The notes under the pieces: model-generated
Databases searched by the model: none
The model's input: only the letters and a program-made list of their open reading frames with translations
What the model was told of the DNA's origin: nothing
Position numbers and translations under genes: made by a program
Assembly: GCA_002722515.1 (NCBI GenBank)
Contig: PBMH01000036.1
Span: 3,226-67,225 of the forward strand
Origin: Alphaproteobacteria bacterium
Lineage (GTDB): Bacteria; Pseudomonadota; Alphaproteobacteria; UBA6615
Direction of reading: 5' to 3'
DNA: 64,000 bases
Shown here: positions 50,538 through 59,391 of the stretch, one piece after another
Position numbering within the stretch: position 1 is the stretch's first letter
How the letters are laid out: each line of letters begins with the position of its first letter

Positions 50538-51976
50538 AGCTTTGCAGCGAGCATATTCACCGACACGTAGACCATAAGAAAAGCCGCGGCTGAATGCCAC
50601 GGTTCGGTTGGTATTGGTGCCGCTATCACGCCCATCGTAACGACGACAGCAATTCCAGAACCGACGGCGACGAGGGCACGTTTTGTGACTTCTGTTGGTA
50701 GGAGTTTGGGCCTAAAGCTATCAGTTTCAGCCGCAAAAACTATCGAAAGTGCGAAGCCAAAGCGAGCACCCGCGACTGATACCGCAGTGCCGAGTAGGCC
50801 GAATTCCGGCAGCAGTACGACGATACCAGCCACGGCTGCTATGCCCCAAAACAGCGAGACCCACATCAGGAAAACCGCTTTACCGGTGATGTAGAGAAAA
50901 TACTCCCACGGGGTCGCCGCCTGATTTATGAAAACTGCAAGGACAAGAGTACTTACTACTGCCGTTGACACGAAGAAGGTATCACCGACGGTGAGGGTAA
51001 TGATTTGTGATCCCAATAAGGCCAGGACTACAGCGAGTGGTAAACCCCAAATGATGAAATGCCCGAATAGACGATGGGTTATTCCGAGCACGGCACACTT
51101 CGAATCTGTCGCCATCGCCTGAGCCATGCGCGGATAAAGCAGCCACCAGTAGGGCGCTCCCCAGGATGCGAGGATAGCTAATAAGGTTTGCGCCGCGACA
51201 TAGCGACCGACCATGTCGGCGCTACCAATGCTACCTACGAGCACGCGATCCGCGAGGCCCATTAAAGACTCGCCCACCCCTGCGATCATGAAGGGAATGC
51301 CGAGCGCGAGAGCAGCTCGGATGCCGCTTTTGGGTAGGAACCTTAATTCGCCAGCCCGGATATGCTGGGAATGAATAAAGTCCCCGGCCGCAAGCAGGAA
51401 AAAAAGAAGCTTAATCGCCGCGACGGCAGTAAAGGCGGCGACTGGTTCGAGCGATTCCGTTAGGGATAGGGCGATTATTGCGGCGAGGTTCAGGAGTGCC
51501 TCACCGATCTGCAGCGTCGTGGCCGAGTACACCCTCTGGCGCGCGCGTAAGGCTTCGTACAAGAGTGATTGCAAAGCAGCTGCGGGCAGCAGAAGTGCCG
51601 CCATTTGAACTAGAGGGCGTGCAGCTGGGTGATTCGAAAAATACCCAGCGATTAGGTCTGACCCCAGCCACATAACCAGTCCGACTGGAAGTGTAATCAT
51701 CAAAGAGATTGCGATTGCGGTGGTGACCGGCGCGGAGATTTCGGCGGCGGTCACCGCCCCAGCGATTTGACGAATAACTGCGAATCCGAGGCCTAATAGC
51801 GCAACGGGGACAAGTATTGCGACTAGGGCCTGTGTCTGTGAATAAGCGCCGAATCCCTCTGTCGCGAGCCAGCGCGCGAGCAGGAATGCCATGATTAGTG
51901 CAGTGCCCTTGCCTGTGGCCTCAGCTACAAATCGTAGGACAAGGTCTTTATCGACCCGATGCCGCCCAATGATCAT
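50513..51976 (-). CDS. wzx: oligosaccharide flippase (Wzx/MOP superfamily)
   Basis: About 490 aa with 12-14 TM helices, a polysaccharide-biosynthesis-protein-like N-terminus and its locus context. The ATG at 51976 lies 1 nt after the upstream stop. Confidence 0.7.
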   Translation of the reverse strand: MIIGRHRVDKDLVLRFVAEATGKGTALIMAFLLARWLATEGFGAYSQTQALVAILVPVALLGLGFAVIRQIAGAVTAAEISAPVTTAIAISLMITLPVGLVMWLGSDLIAGYFSNHPAARPLVQMAALLLPAAALQSLLYEALRARQRVYSATTLQIGEALLNLAAIIALSLTESLEPVAAFTAVAAIKLLFFLLAAGDFIHSQHIRAGELRFLPKSGIRAALALGIPFMIAGVGESLMGLADRVLVGSIGSADMVGRYVAAQTLLAILASWGAPYWWLLYPRMAQAMATDSKCAVLGITHRLFGHFIIWGLPLAVVLALLGSQIITLTVGDTFFVSTAVVSTLVLAVFINQAATPWEYFLYITGKAVFLMWVSLFWGIAAVAGIVVLLPEFGLLGTAVSVAGARFGFALSIVFAAETDSFRPKLLPTEVTKRALVAVGSGIAVVVTMGVIAAPIPTEPWHSAAAFLMVYVSVNMLAAKLQARRRAV

Positions 51977-51977
51977 C

Positions 51978-52730
51978 TCAGCTGTCCGTATGCACAGGCT
52001 TGCGGGCAACGATGTACCAGCGTTCGGCGAATCTGGGAACGCGTCTCGAAACTGCAGCGTCCCAGCCGGGACCAGTCTTGCCGCCGCGGATTAGGCGAAC
52101 AAGTCCTGGGATTGCTTGAAGCCCAGGAAACAGAAGGAATTGCGACAAAGTGCCATGGGCTTCCTGGCTAATAATCTCGAGGCCGTTTCGTTCAAGTAGT
52201 CGGCATGCATCAGCGGCTGTGTGCCCGTAAACGCCATCCAGACCCTGGCTCCGGTAGTAGCGCCGCCAGTAGCGGATTGCTAGGGACCGTGTGCCGGCAA
52301 GATCAACGATAAGGGTGCCACCCGGACGCAGTGTACCAGCCATCGTAGCAACCGCCTCGGCTTGGGCGCCCGGTGTGAGCAGCAAAAGCGTGGAGAAACA
52401 GAACGCAAGATCGAAACTATTTTTGGCAAACGGCAGATTAGGCAGGGCTGCTGCGCAGCGGTGGATAGTCTCCTTGGCCCGGCAGGCTTCTGCGTGACGC
52501 AGTAGCTCGTCTAGCATCCCTATGCTGGGGTCGACCGCAACGACCGTCCGTTTAGATGAAGCAAGTTTTATCGCGTGTCGGCCAGTGGCGGCCCCTATAT
52601 CCGCTGCTACGCCGACCCGTGGTGCGTGCTCCAAGACCAGCGCCCATTTCCGATTCTGAGTATAGTCCGAGCCTATCTGAATCGGATATTCGTTCGCTTC
52701 CCTGTCGAAATGGCTGACAAGGTCGTTCAC
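51978..52730 (-). CDS. class I SAM-dependent methyltransferase
   Basis: 'AADIGAATGRHA' (motif I variant) and 'LRPGGTLIVD'. Overlaps the upstream gene by 4 nt. Confidence 0.7.
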   Translation of the reverse strand: MNDLVSHFDREANEYPIQIGSDYTQNRKWALVLEHAPRVGVAADIGAATGRHAIKLASSKRTVVAVDPSIGMLDELLRHAEACRAKETIHRCAAALPNLPFAKNSFDLAFCFSTLLLLTPGAQAEAVATMAGTLRPGGTLIVDLAGTRSLAIRYWRRYYRSQGLDGVYGHTAADACRLLERNGLEIISQEAHGTLSQFLLFPGLQAIPGLVRLIRGGKTGPGWDAAVSRRVPRFAERWYIVARKPVHTDS

Positions 52731-53806
52731 GTATCACCCCGCATGCCGCGCCCGCGTATAGCCCTTAGAAGACTGAGAACCGCCGCGACACGCGGGCGGG
52801 AATTAAGATTACCGCGATAATATGGCGCCAGATCGCCGCCGAAACCCTTCTTGAAATCGCTGATACGTCTCAGTTTTCCGTCAGGGGTACCAGGGAACGC
52901 CTCGCCGCACTCGTAATAAGTGATGCCGCGTTTTGCAAAGGTCCGGATAGCGTGCCACTGCACGAGATCGTTTGCGCCGCAACGCAGGGCCTCCGGATTG
53001 CTCGCGACGACCCAATAGAGTGCACCCTGCTTGTAGATACCAAAGACGTGTATCGCGATCGTTTGTCCGTCCGGCCCCTGGGCACAGAATCCTATCGCCC
53101 GATCATTGGCAATGAAATCACAAAAGATCGTCTCGAAATATGCGTTTGGTTTTACGGGCAACCCGTTACGCTTGGCTGCTTGCTTGTGTAGCCGCAGAAA
53201 ATCCGGGAAATCGCCGGCCACAACAATTCGCACTCTGACCCCGTTGCGTTCCGCTTTGTTTACACTTTTACGCACTCGGTGCTCCATGTTTTGCCACAGC
53301 GCTTCTTCGTCCCGTCCCGAGAGGTCAAGAATCCAGCTCTGTGTTGAAGCATCGGCGCACCCGAGCATTGCTAGCGGATTGATGCCGTTCCTGGTTTGTC
53401 GCGCTGGCGCGAGGGGTGCCATAGCTAGTTCGATCCGGTGCACCTGCGACTGGGCAGCCAGAGACAGCAGGGTCGATCGCACATCACGTTCCGCATGGCC
53501 GCGCTGACGGGCGGATAGGGTTTCGGCATAAGCAGGGCCACCCGTGGATTCAAAACGTGCCGCCCAATTTCGGATCGGACGCGGCCCGAGTATCCGGTGC
53601 AAAGGGACCAAAGCGACAGGGTCGCTCGATACCGGGTCTAGAAGCGCGAAGCTTGCATCGGTCGTCCCCGGCCATGTCGCATAGGCATCGATCGCTTCCC
53701 AGCGATGCCATAGCCATGCATCCGGAAATTTGTCTGAACAATAATTCCAGCGTTCGATCCCGACATCGGGCCGCGAAGCGAATTTAAAATTTGAGCCCAC
53801 GATCAA
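52727..53806 (-). CDS. FemAB/CelD-like GNAT-fold acyl- or aminoacyl-transferase
   Basis: 359 aa. The C-terminal half, 'HVFGIYKQGALYWVVASNPEALRCGANDLVQWHAIRTFAKRGITYYECGEA...FKKGFGG', resembles the Acetyltransf_6/FemAB family. Confidence 0.55.
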   Translation of the reverse strand: MIVGSNFKFASRPDVGIERWNYCSDKFPDAWLWHRWEAIDAYATWPGTTDASFALLDPVSSDPVALVPLHRILGPRPIRNWAARFESTGGPAYAETLSARQRGHAERDVRSTLLSLAAQSQVHRIELAMAPLAPARQTRNGINPLAMLGCADASTQSWILDLSGRDEEALWQNMEHRVRKSVNKAERNGVRVRIVVAGDFPDFLRLHKQAAKRNGLPVKPNAYFETIFCDFIANDRAIGFCAQGPDGQTIAIHVFGIYKQGALYWVVASNPEALRCGANDLVQWHAIRTFAKRGITYYECGEAFPGTPDGKLRRISDFKKGFGGDLAPYYRGNLNSRPRVAAVLSLLRAIRGRGMRGDT

Positions 53807-53823
53807 CCCTCTCTAGAGGATAC

Positions 53824-55152
53824 TTACTCGCTAGTGCGCGATCCCGACAACCCGGCGCTGGCGCCGAGGAGATAAACGAAAATGAAGTGCGCCCAGTGAT
53901 ATCGAAATATTGAGCTGTCGAATGCTTGATGAACGAACAATCCCATTAGTAATGCTATGACGGCGATATTAGTCACTGATAGTGGATGACCAAGCTGCGT
54001 CGCGTTAAAGATCGGGGCAAGCCATGCGATCAGCACCAATACCATACCTAGGATTCCGGTTTCCAGGATCGTGGATAGGGGCACAGAGTGGGCGCCGGTG
54101 TTCAGGCCGAGCGGTGAGTACACTACTTCCTGAATCATGCCAAAACCTCTGCCCGACGCCCAGGAATCGCTGATGGCCGCCATCGCGATACGCCATGCTG
54201 CGGAACGTTCGCGCAGTTCGAAGACCTCGTTATGGTTTAAATTTGTAACGCGCCAATTCTCGGAACGTTCGCTCAGTATTTGCGCTTCGACAGGACTGAT
54301 CTCCGGCGTGGTGCCGATTGCCCAGGCCGTCATGTAAAGCGCAAAGATCAGGCCACAAACAAGGAAGACAGTAAGTCGCGCCAGTTGGCGCTGGTTCATT
54401 TTCATAAGTACCACGAAAAAGATACCGACGGCCGTCATCGCAAATGACGCGCGCGATCCAGACAACAGAAGTACGAAAGCGACGGACAGACTAATCGCGA
54501 CAATTCCCAAGCCTTGTAGGTTCCAACGAGGGCGTGCGATTGCGGCAAGGATGATTACACCGATTGCCGCGAACAAGCTCATGCTGTTGGGGTTCGATGT
54601 GAATCCGGAGTAGCGCGGGATATACAGTCCCATCTCATACTGTCGCCCTCCCTCTGCAACGCCGACCGCCCAGCCGTTCAAATAGAGGAGAAAATATTTC
54701 AGCGCGTTATCTGGAACCATCCGATCCCAGAGTGCAACAACAGCGCCCGAAAACACTGCTGATGCGAGCACTATGACAATTATAAGTATCGCGAACCGGA
54801 TTAAGGTCTGATGGGGCCGAGGGTCCCCGGCGGCTAGGGTGCAGATCAGAAGGCCGGGTGTGAACACCAGAAACCAGCGGCGGGCGGCGATCCCTGAGTC
54901 GTCTGCCCATATTAGTGTAGCAGCTGACCAGATGGCGACTAGTAGCAACGGCAAAACCGCGTTTGTATTAGTCCAGAGACGGTCGCGCAGGAAAAGGGCC
55001 GCCAGGATCCCGCAGAGCATCTGGAATATATAAACGATGGTTGGAGGCAACGAGACAAAGCCGTCCGCATTATAGTAGCCAAGAAATCCGATGACGCTCA
55101 CCAAGAGCGTCATCGAGAGAAAACCGTGTCCCAGGCGTTCGGAACCGGTCAC
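53824..55152 (-). CDS. O-antigen ligase/polymerase family membrane protein (Wzy-like)
   Basis: 442 aa, polytopic, with a large loop followed by 'GHPLSVTNIAVIALLMGLFVHQAFDS', typical of the Wzy_C family. Locus context supports the call. Confidence 0.65.
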   Translation of the reverse strand: MTGSERLGHGFLSMTLLVSVIGFLGYYNADGFVSLPPTIVYIFQMLCGILAALFLRDRLWTNTNAVLPLLLVAIWSAATLIWADDSGIAARRWFLVFTPGLLICTLAAGDPRPHQTLIRFAILIIVIVLASAVFSGAVVALWDRMVPDNALKYFLLYLNGWAVGVAEGGRQYEMGLYIPRYSGFTSNPNSMSLFAAIGVIILAAIARPRWNLQGLGIVAISLSVAFVLLLSGSRASFAMTAVGIFFVVLMKMNQRQLARLTVFLVCGLIFALYMTAWAIGTTPEISPVEAQILSERSENWRVTNLNHNEVFELRERSAAWRIAMAAISDSWASGRGFGMIQEVVYSPLGLNTGAHSVPLSTILETGILGMVLVLIAWLAPIFNATQLGHPLSVTNIAVIALLMGLFVHQAFDSSIFRYHWAHFIFVYLLGASAGLSGSRTSE

Positions 55153-56384
55153 GTTGCGCTGGCCTTGCTTGCAATGGTTGCGTCTAGAATGTCGCGGAAA
55201 TGTCTGCCAATCCTGTCGATCCTGTATTCGTTACTGACGGCCTTCGAGATAGTGGCCTCGGATGAGCCAACTTTTCGGATCGCATCGGCGAGCAAGTGTG
55301 CAATGGAGGTGCCGTCTCTCGGGTCGACCGCCCAGCCGCCCAACTGCTCGACTAGGTCTTTCGTCGGTCCCTCCGGCGTGATGGCAAATATAGGGCGCCC
55401 AGCACCGAGATAGTCGACGACCTTGGAGGTTAGAAAGATGGACCGCGTTGGCGTTGGTGCGTCGCTGATCACGAGAATGTCACAGGCGGTCATGCGATTC
55501 AGCGCGGCCGTATGTGGCAGGATCCCGCCATGGGCGACATGGTTTCCGGCGTCGCCAAACTGCGCAAGTTCACGTTTGAAGGCCTCGCCGCCCAGTCCAA
55601 ATGTTTCCAGTGAAAATTTTGGTAAGGATTTATCACCAGCTAACCGGTCTATCGCTTTAAGCAGATGCCGAGGTGTGCGTGGACCGTAGAACGTGCCGAA
55701 TATCCCGAGCCGTACCTTGCCGCTTGATGGTAATATCGGATCATCCGTGTACAGCTTCGGATCGAAACCATGAGCCACCACATGGCTCTTTTTCGTGATG
55801 TCTGTTTTAGGTTCCTGCGATATGAAATGATCGCGCATCTCCGAGGTCGGGAAGATCAATGTGTCGGCTTCTTGCAGTACTTTGCGTTCGAGCGCGCGGC
55901 TCCAGGTCGACGCTACCGGAATAGTACGTTCATAGGTGCCTCCCGACCATGGGTCCGAAAAGCAGGCGACCCAGGGCAGGTCCGGGTAACGCCGCTTGAG
56001 GTGGCGCGCTGCGGCATGGACCGAGTGATACTGAGAACGCGTTACTAGACAGTCATATTTCCCGGGGTTCAGTGCTTCCGCGCGCGCGCGCGCGGCTCCC
56101 GTTAGAAGTAGATAGCGATCGGGTCTTATTGGCAGACGCGATATCTTGCCCAGAATGCGCAGATGCATCCCGTCGATTCTTTCAATTCGCCCGAATTTTG
56201 CGGTTACATAATCGTCCAAGCTGTGGTCGGGCGGCTGGGGAAAAAGTGCAGCGGAAGCCGCAACCACGTCAACTTCCGCGCCCGGGATAGCGGCCATTGT
56301 CTTTGATGTCACGAAGGATTCGGGGCTTGCGACAGGCGGAAAACAGTACCCCATACAGAGGACACGCATCGTTGTATCAGCCAT
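55149..56384 (-). CDS. glycosyltransferase (GT-B, GT4-like)
   Basis: N-terminal 'MRVLCMGYCFPP' and C-terminal 'ILVISDAPTPTRSIFLTSKVVDYLGAGRPIFAI'. The ATG at 56384 overlaps the upstream stop (ATGGCTGA). Confidence 0.7.
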   Translation of the reverse strand: MADTTMRVLCMGYCFPPVASPESFVTSKTMAAIPGAEVDVVAASAALFPQPPDHSLDDYVTAKFGRIERIDGMHLRILGKISRLPIRPDRYLLLTGAARARAEALNPGKYDCLVTRSQYHSVHAAARHLKRRYPDLPWVACFSDPWSGGTYERTIPVASTWSRALERKVLQEADTLIFPTSEMRDHFISQEPKTDITKKSHVVAHGFDPKLYTDDPILPSSGKVRLGIFGTFYGPRTPRHLLKAIDRLAGDKSLPKFSLETFGLGGEAFKRELAQFGDAGNHVAHGGILPHTAALNRMTACDILVISDAPTPTRSIFLTSKVVDYLGAGRPIFAITPEGPTKDLVEQLGGWAVDPRDGTSIAHLLADAIRKVGSSEATISKAVSNEYRIDRIGRHFRDILDATIASKASAT

Positions 56385-57270
56385 GGTGTGCCTGCGCGAG
56401 AGTTGCTGCAAAGCTGGCGACGGAATAAGGTGCGAACCCTGCTAAAAGGTCGATTACTGCGTCGTCTTTGGCGATGTCGACGGGGTCCATGTAAAGATTG
56501 AGTAGCAAGGGCTGTCCCGTTTGCATGATTTTCAGATATGCGCGCAGTTCCTCGCGAAGCCGCTGTGTTGTTCCGCTACCGCCGCGGACCAATCCCCAAG
56601 TGTCGAGGATTTGTCTCGGCTCTGACAGACATCCACTGACGGGGAATTCCATAATACCTGCGCGCTTGAAGAATGGGCCGTGCCGAAGCCCGAAAAGTGG
56701 TCGGGTGGAACTTGAGAACTTGTAGTCGAGCGCTGTCAGAAAACGCCATAGGGTTGCCAGTTCGCCGGGGCTTTCGAAGCTCGCAAAGTGTGGTGTTCGG
56801 AATCCGTCTGGACGTTGGCCCAGAATGTCGGCAACTGCTTCGTGCCCGCGCCGGATGTCCGCCTGCCAGTCATCAACGGGCACGTCGCCATAGAAGTAGG
56901 TCGATGTAACCTCACCGGTCCCCTTGTCCAGAGCCGCATGCCGACGAAAGCCGTGATTTAGAAACACGGCACCGTCGTCGGAGATATTTTGGTAGGCGTC
57001 TGACGCGGCGTCTAGAACCTCTCCTGCGACAGCATATAGAGGCGAGAGACCGTTTGAACGCAGCCGGGCGTGGAGCGTCTGAACGACCCTGCTGTCGGCG
57101 TCGGTGTCGCAGTCGAAGGATAAAATGAAATGCGGTCCGCGCAGACCCGCTCGACGTGCGAGCAATGATCCGCGGCGTGTGGCACCGTGCGGGAGCAGAC
57201 GGGCATAGGCCCAGAACCAGAAGAGGCCAGGGTCTAGCGCGGCCTTGTTTAACTTTTTGAGCATCGGCAT
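56377..57270 (-). CDS. polysaccharide deacetylase-like protein
   Basis: 'FILSFDCDTDAD' and 'FLNHGFRRH' resemble the NodB-type/divergent polysaccharide deacetylase fold. First gene of the minus-strand operon. Confidence 0.5.
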   Translation of the reverse strand: MPMLKKLNKAALDPGLFWFWAYARLLPHGATRRGSLLARRAGLRGPHFILSFDCDTDADSRVVQTLHARLRSNGLSPLYAVAGEVLDAASDAYQNISDDGAVFLNHGFRRHAALDKGTGEVTSTYFYGDVPVDDWQADIRRGHEAVADILGQRPDGFRTPHFASFESPGELATLWRFLTALDYKFSSSTRPLFGLRHGPFFKRAGIMEFPVSGCLSEPRQILDTWGLVRGGSGTTQRLREELRAYLKIMQTGQPLLLNLYMDPVDIAKDDAVIDLLAGFAPYSVASFAATLAQAHHG

Positions 57271-57513
57271 TTGGTGCTTGTGGGGCGTCCGCGTGAGGTA
57301 TGGAGCGGGTAAGGCTCGCTAAAGCAAAAATCCGCGAAAGGCATCTATACCATTGTATTGGCGTTTGTTAGGGCGGATCTTAAGCCATGCTGGTCCTTAT
57401 GTAACGGTGCTCGTACCGTTTTGCGGTGGGCGAGTTCATGGACTCCGCAATAATCGTCGACCTAAACTGGAGCTTTACCTGGTGGCGTGGTGAGCGATGG
57501 CGGAGGAAAGAAG

Positions 57514-58377
57514 ATGACGGACCCTGAAGAGGAGGTGCCAGTAACAGCAGCGACTAGGGCAGCGCTAAATTATCTGAAGGATACAAATGAAACGCCCGTT
57601 TTTCGGCAAACCAAGACAGCATCTGACATTGTAAGCTTGGGCGGAGCGCGCCAGCCGCGGACCGTAACCATTCGAGATGGTCGAGGTTCTGCAGCCGGTT
57701 TTTCCTTGGATATCGAGGGGTTTGCCTTTGCCACGCAGGTTACGAAAGTAACCGACTTCAATGACGATCAGCAGTTGGAGTTGATTTACACACCCGAAAT
57801 CGAAAAATTGATCGCAAGGGTTGCCGGAGCCCGCGAGGCCGTTGTTTTTGACCATACGCGGCGGTCGACAGAGGCATCGCACCGCGAGAAATATGGCTCT
57901 CGCGATCCCGTGCCCGCGCCACATAGTGACTATGATGATTCGTCCGCCCGGCAGCGCATGCGCGACAAGTTCGGCGATGCAGCAGATGAATTTCTACAGC
58001 ATCGCTTCGCGATCGTGAACGTCTGGCGCTCCATGTCAGGGCCGATCGAGCAATGGCCGCTGACTATTTGCGATTCGCGCACCATCAACGATGACTTCCT
58101 GATCTCCACTCGTCGGGAGGCCCCGGTCCGGCCGGAGCCTTCCTTTGAATATGCGCGTCCAAGTGCAACCCGGCACGCCGCCTACGATGCCAACCATCGC
58201 TGGTATTATTTTCCTCGCATGACAGCTGACGAAGTCCTGCTATTCAAGAATTACGACACGCGCACCGATGGAACGGCGCGCTTCGCGCTTCACTCGGCCT
58301 TCGAGGATCCGGCGACCCCGGCCAATCCCGCTCCGCGTCAAACCATCGAAACGCGCGCGTTCGTTTTCTACGACTAG
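57514..58377 (+). CDS. CmcJ/NvfI-family protein (putative non-heme-iron oxygenase-like)
   Basis: Overall pattern 'LNYL...ETP', 'HSDY', 'FAIVNVWRS' and 'YFPRMTADEVLLFKNYD' as I recall for this family. ATG at 57514. Confidence 0.5.
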   Translation: MTDPEEEVPVTAATRAALNYLKDTNETPVFRQTKTASDIVSLGGARQPRTVTIRDGRGSAAGFSLDIEGFAFATQVTKVTDFNDDQQLELIYTPEIEKLIARVAGAREAVVFDHTRRSTEASHREKYGSRDPVPAPHSDYDDSSARQRMRDKFGDAADEFLQHRFAIVNVWRSMSGPIEQWPLTICDSRTINDDFLISTRREAPVRPEPSFEYARPSATRHAAYDANHRWYYFPRMTADEVLLFKNYDTRTDGTARFALHSAFEDPATPANPAPRQTIETRAFVFYD

Positions 58378-58402
58378 ATGGTGCTGTCAAAGGAGAAGGG
58401 CT

Positions 58403-59173
58403 TTGTCTGATCCCCTCGTAACTGTCGAGGAAGCCGACGTCGGTACGCTGATAGTGCGTCTCGAACGGCCTCATAAACGAAATGCGTTGTCATCCGCGTT
58501 GAAACGAGAACTCGCCCATACGGCAAGAGTCCTCGCTGAGCGGACAGATATTAGCGCGATCATTTTAGCAGGGTCGGGCGGCATTTTCTGCGCGGGTAAC
58601 GACATCTCAGAACCTGATTCATTTGCTCAGGATCTTCCCCTTGCTGAGGCACGACGTCATATTCGTTTGGGTCTCGAGATGTGCCGAGCATGGGAGGCGT
58701 TGCCCCAGTTGACTATCGCTGCGGTCGACCGGTTCGCGATTGGCGGCGGCATTTCGCTTGCGCTTGCCTGTGACTTTCGCGTGCTCCAGACGAGTTCTTG
58801 GCTACATGCACCCGAGGTGGAACTGGGGATTACATACTCTTGGGGCACTCTGCCGCGGCTGGTGCGCCTCGTCGGCCCGGCGCGCGCTAAGCTTATTGCT
58901 GGGCTCTGCCGTCGGGTTGATGCGCTGACCGCGCTTGAATGGGGATTGTGCGAGGAGGTTGTCGACGATACGATGGCCGCAGCACTGAAGATGGCGGCTG
59001 AAATCACGTCTAAGCCGCGCGTGGCTCAGCAGATGGTTAAGGAATCAGTAAACCGTCTGTTCGATGGACCGGACACCGCTGCAATGGAGCAGGACCAGGT
59101 GTTGCTCAACATGACTGATCCGGATGCCCGCGCCCGTCAGTCTCACGTTCTGAGACGATTACGTGGTGATTGA
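58403..59173 (+). CDS. enoyl-CoA hydratase/isomerase (crotonase) family protein
   Basis: 'LERPHKRNAL', 'AGSGGIFCAGNDI', 'TIAAVDRFAIGGGISLALACDFR' and 'PEVELGI'. TTG at 58403 follows AAGGAGAAGGG. Confidence 0.85.
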   Translation: MSDPLVTVEEADVGTLIVRLERPHKRNALSSALKRELAHTARVLAERTDISAIILAGSGGIFCAGNDISEPDSFAQDLPLAEARRHIRLGLEMCRAWEALPQLTIAAVDRFAIGGGISLALACDFRVLQTSSWLHAPEVELGITYSWGTLPRLVRLVGPARAKLIAGLCRRVDALTALEWGLCEEVVDDTMAAALKMAAEITSKPRVAQQMVKESVNRLFDGPDTAAMEQDQVLLNMTDPDARARQSHVLRRLRGD

Positions 59174-59286
59174 GGCCAGGTCACCTTTAGGTCTCCACGG
59201 TGAAAAGAGCCCATTGTTTTCTGAATAATCGAAGAGCGGGTGGCCTGCTGACATTGGGTCGCCGGAGCTATCCCTAGAAAAATCTT

Positions 59287-59316
59287 AATAACAACTACTT
59301 CAATAACAACTACTTC
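59287..59316. repeat. perfect 15-bp tandem direct repeat (two copies of aataacaactacttc)
   Basis: Read directly at 59287-59301 and 59302-59316, about 75 bp upstream of the ABC binding-protein gene. Confidence 0.95.
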
Positions 59317-59339
59317 CATACGGTCCATAAATCCGTTAC

Positions 59340-59352
59340 AAAAAAAAAAAAA
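59340..59352. repeat. A13 homopolymer tract
   Basis: 13 consecutive A residues at 59340-59352, 40 bp upstream of the ATG at 59392. Confidence 0.95.
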
Positions 59353-59391
59353 TTGTTTTTATAACTTTTCAGAACAAGGGAGAGGAATTCG

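Noticed and set aside
46195-57486. Integrative element, prophage or att sites flanking the glycan locus
   Set aside because: No integrase, transposase or phage-like ORF is present. I could not find a repeat of the tRNA-Val 3' end at the right border by eye, though an alignment search is still advisable.
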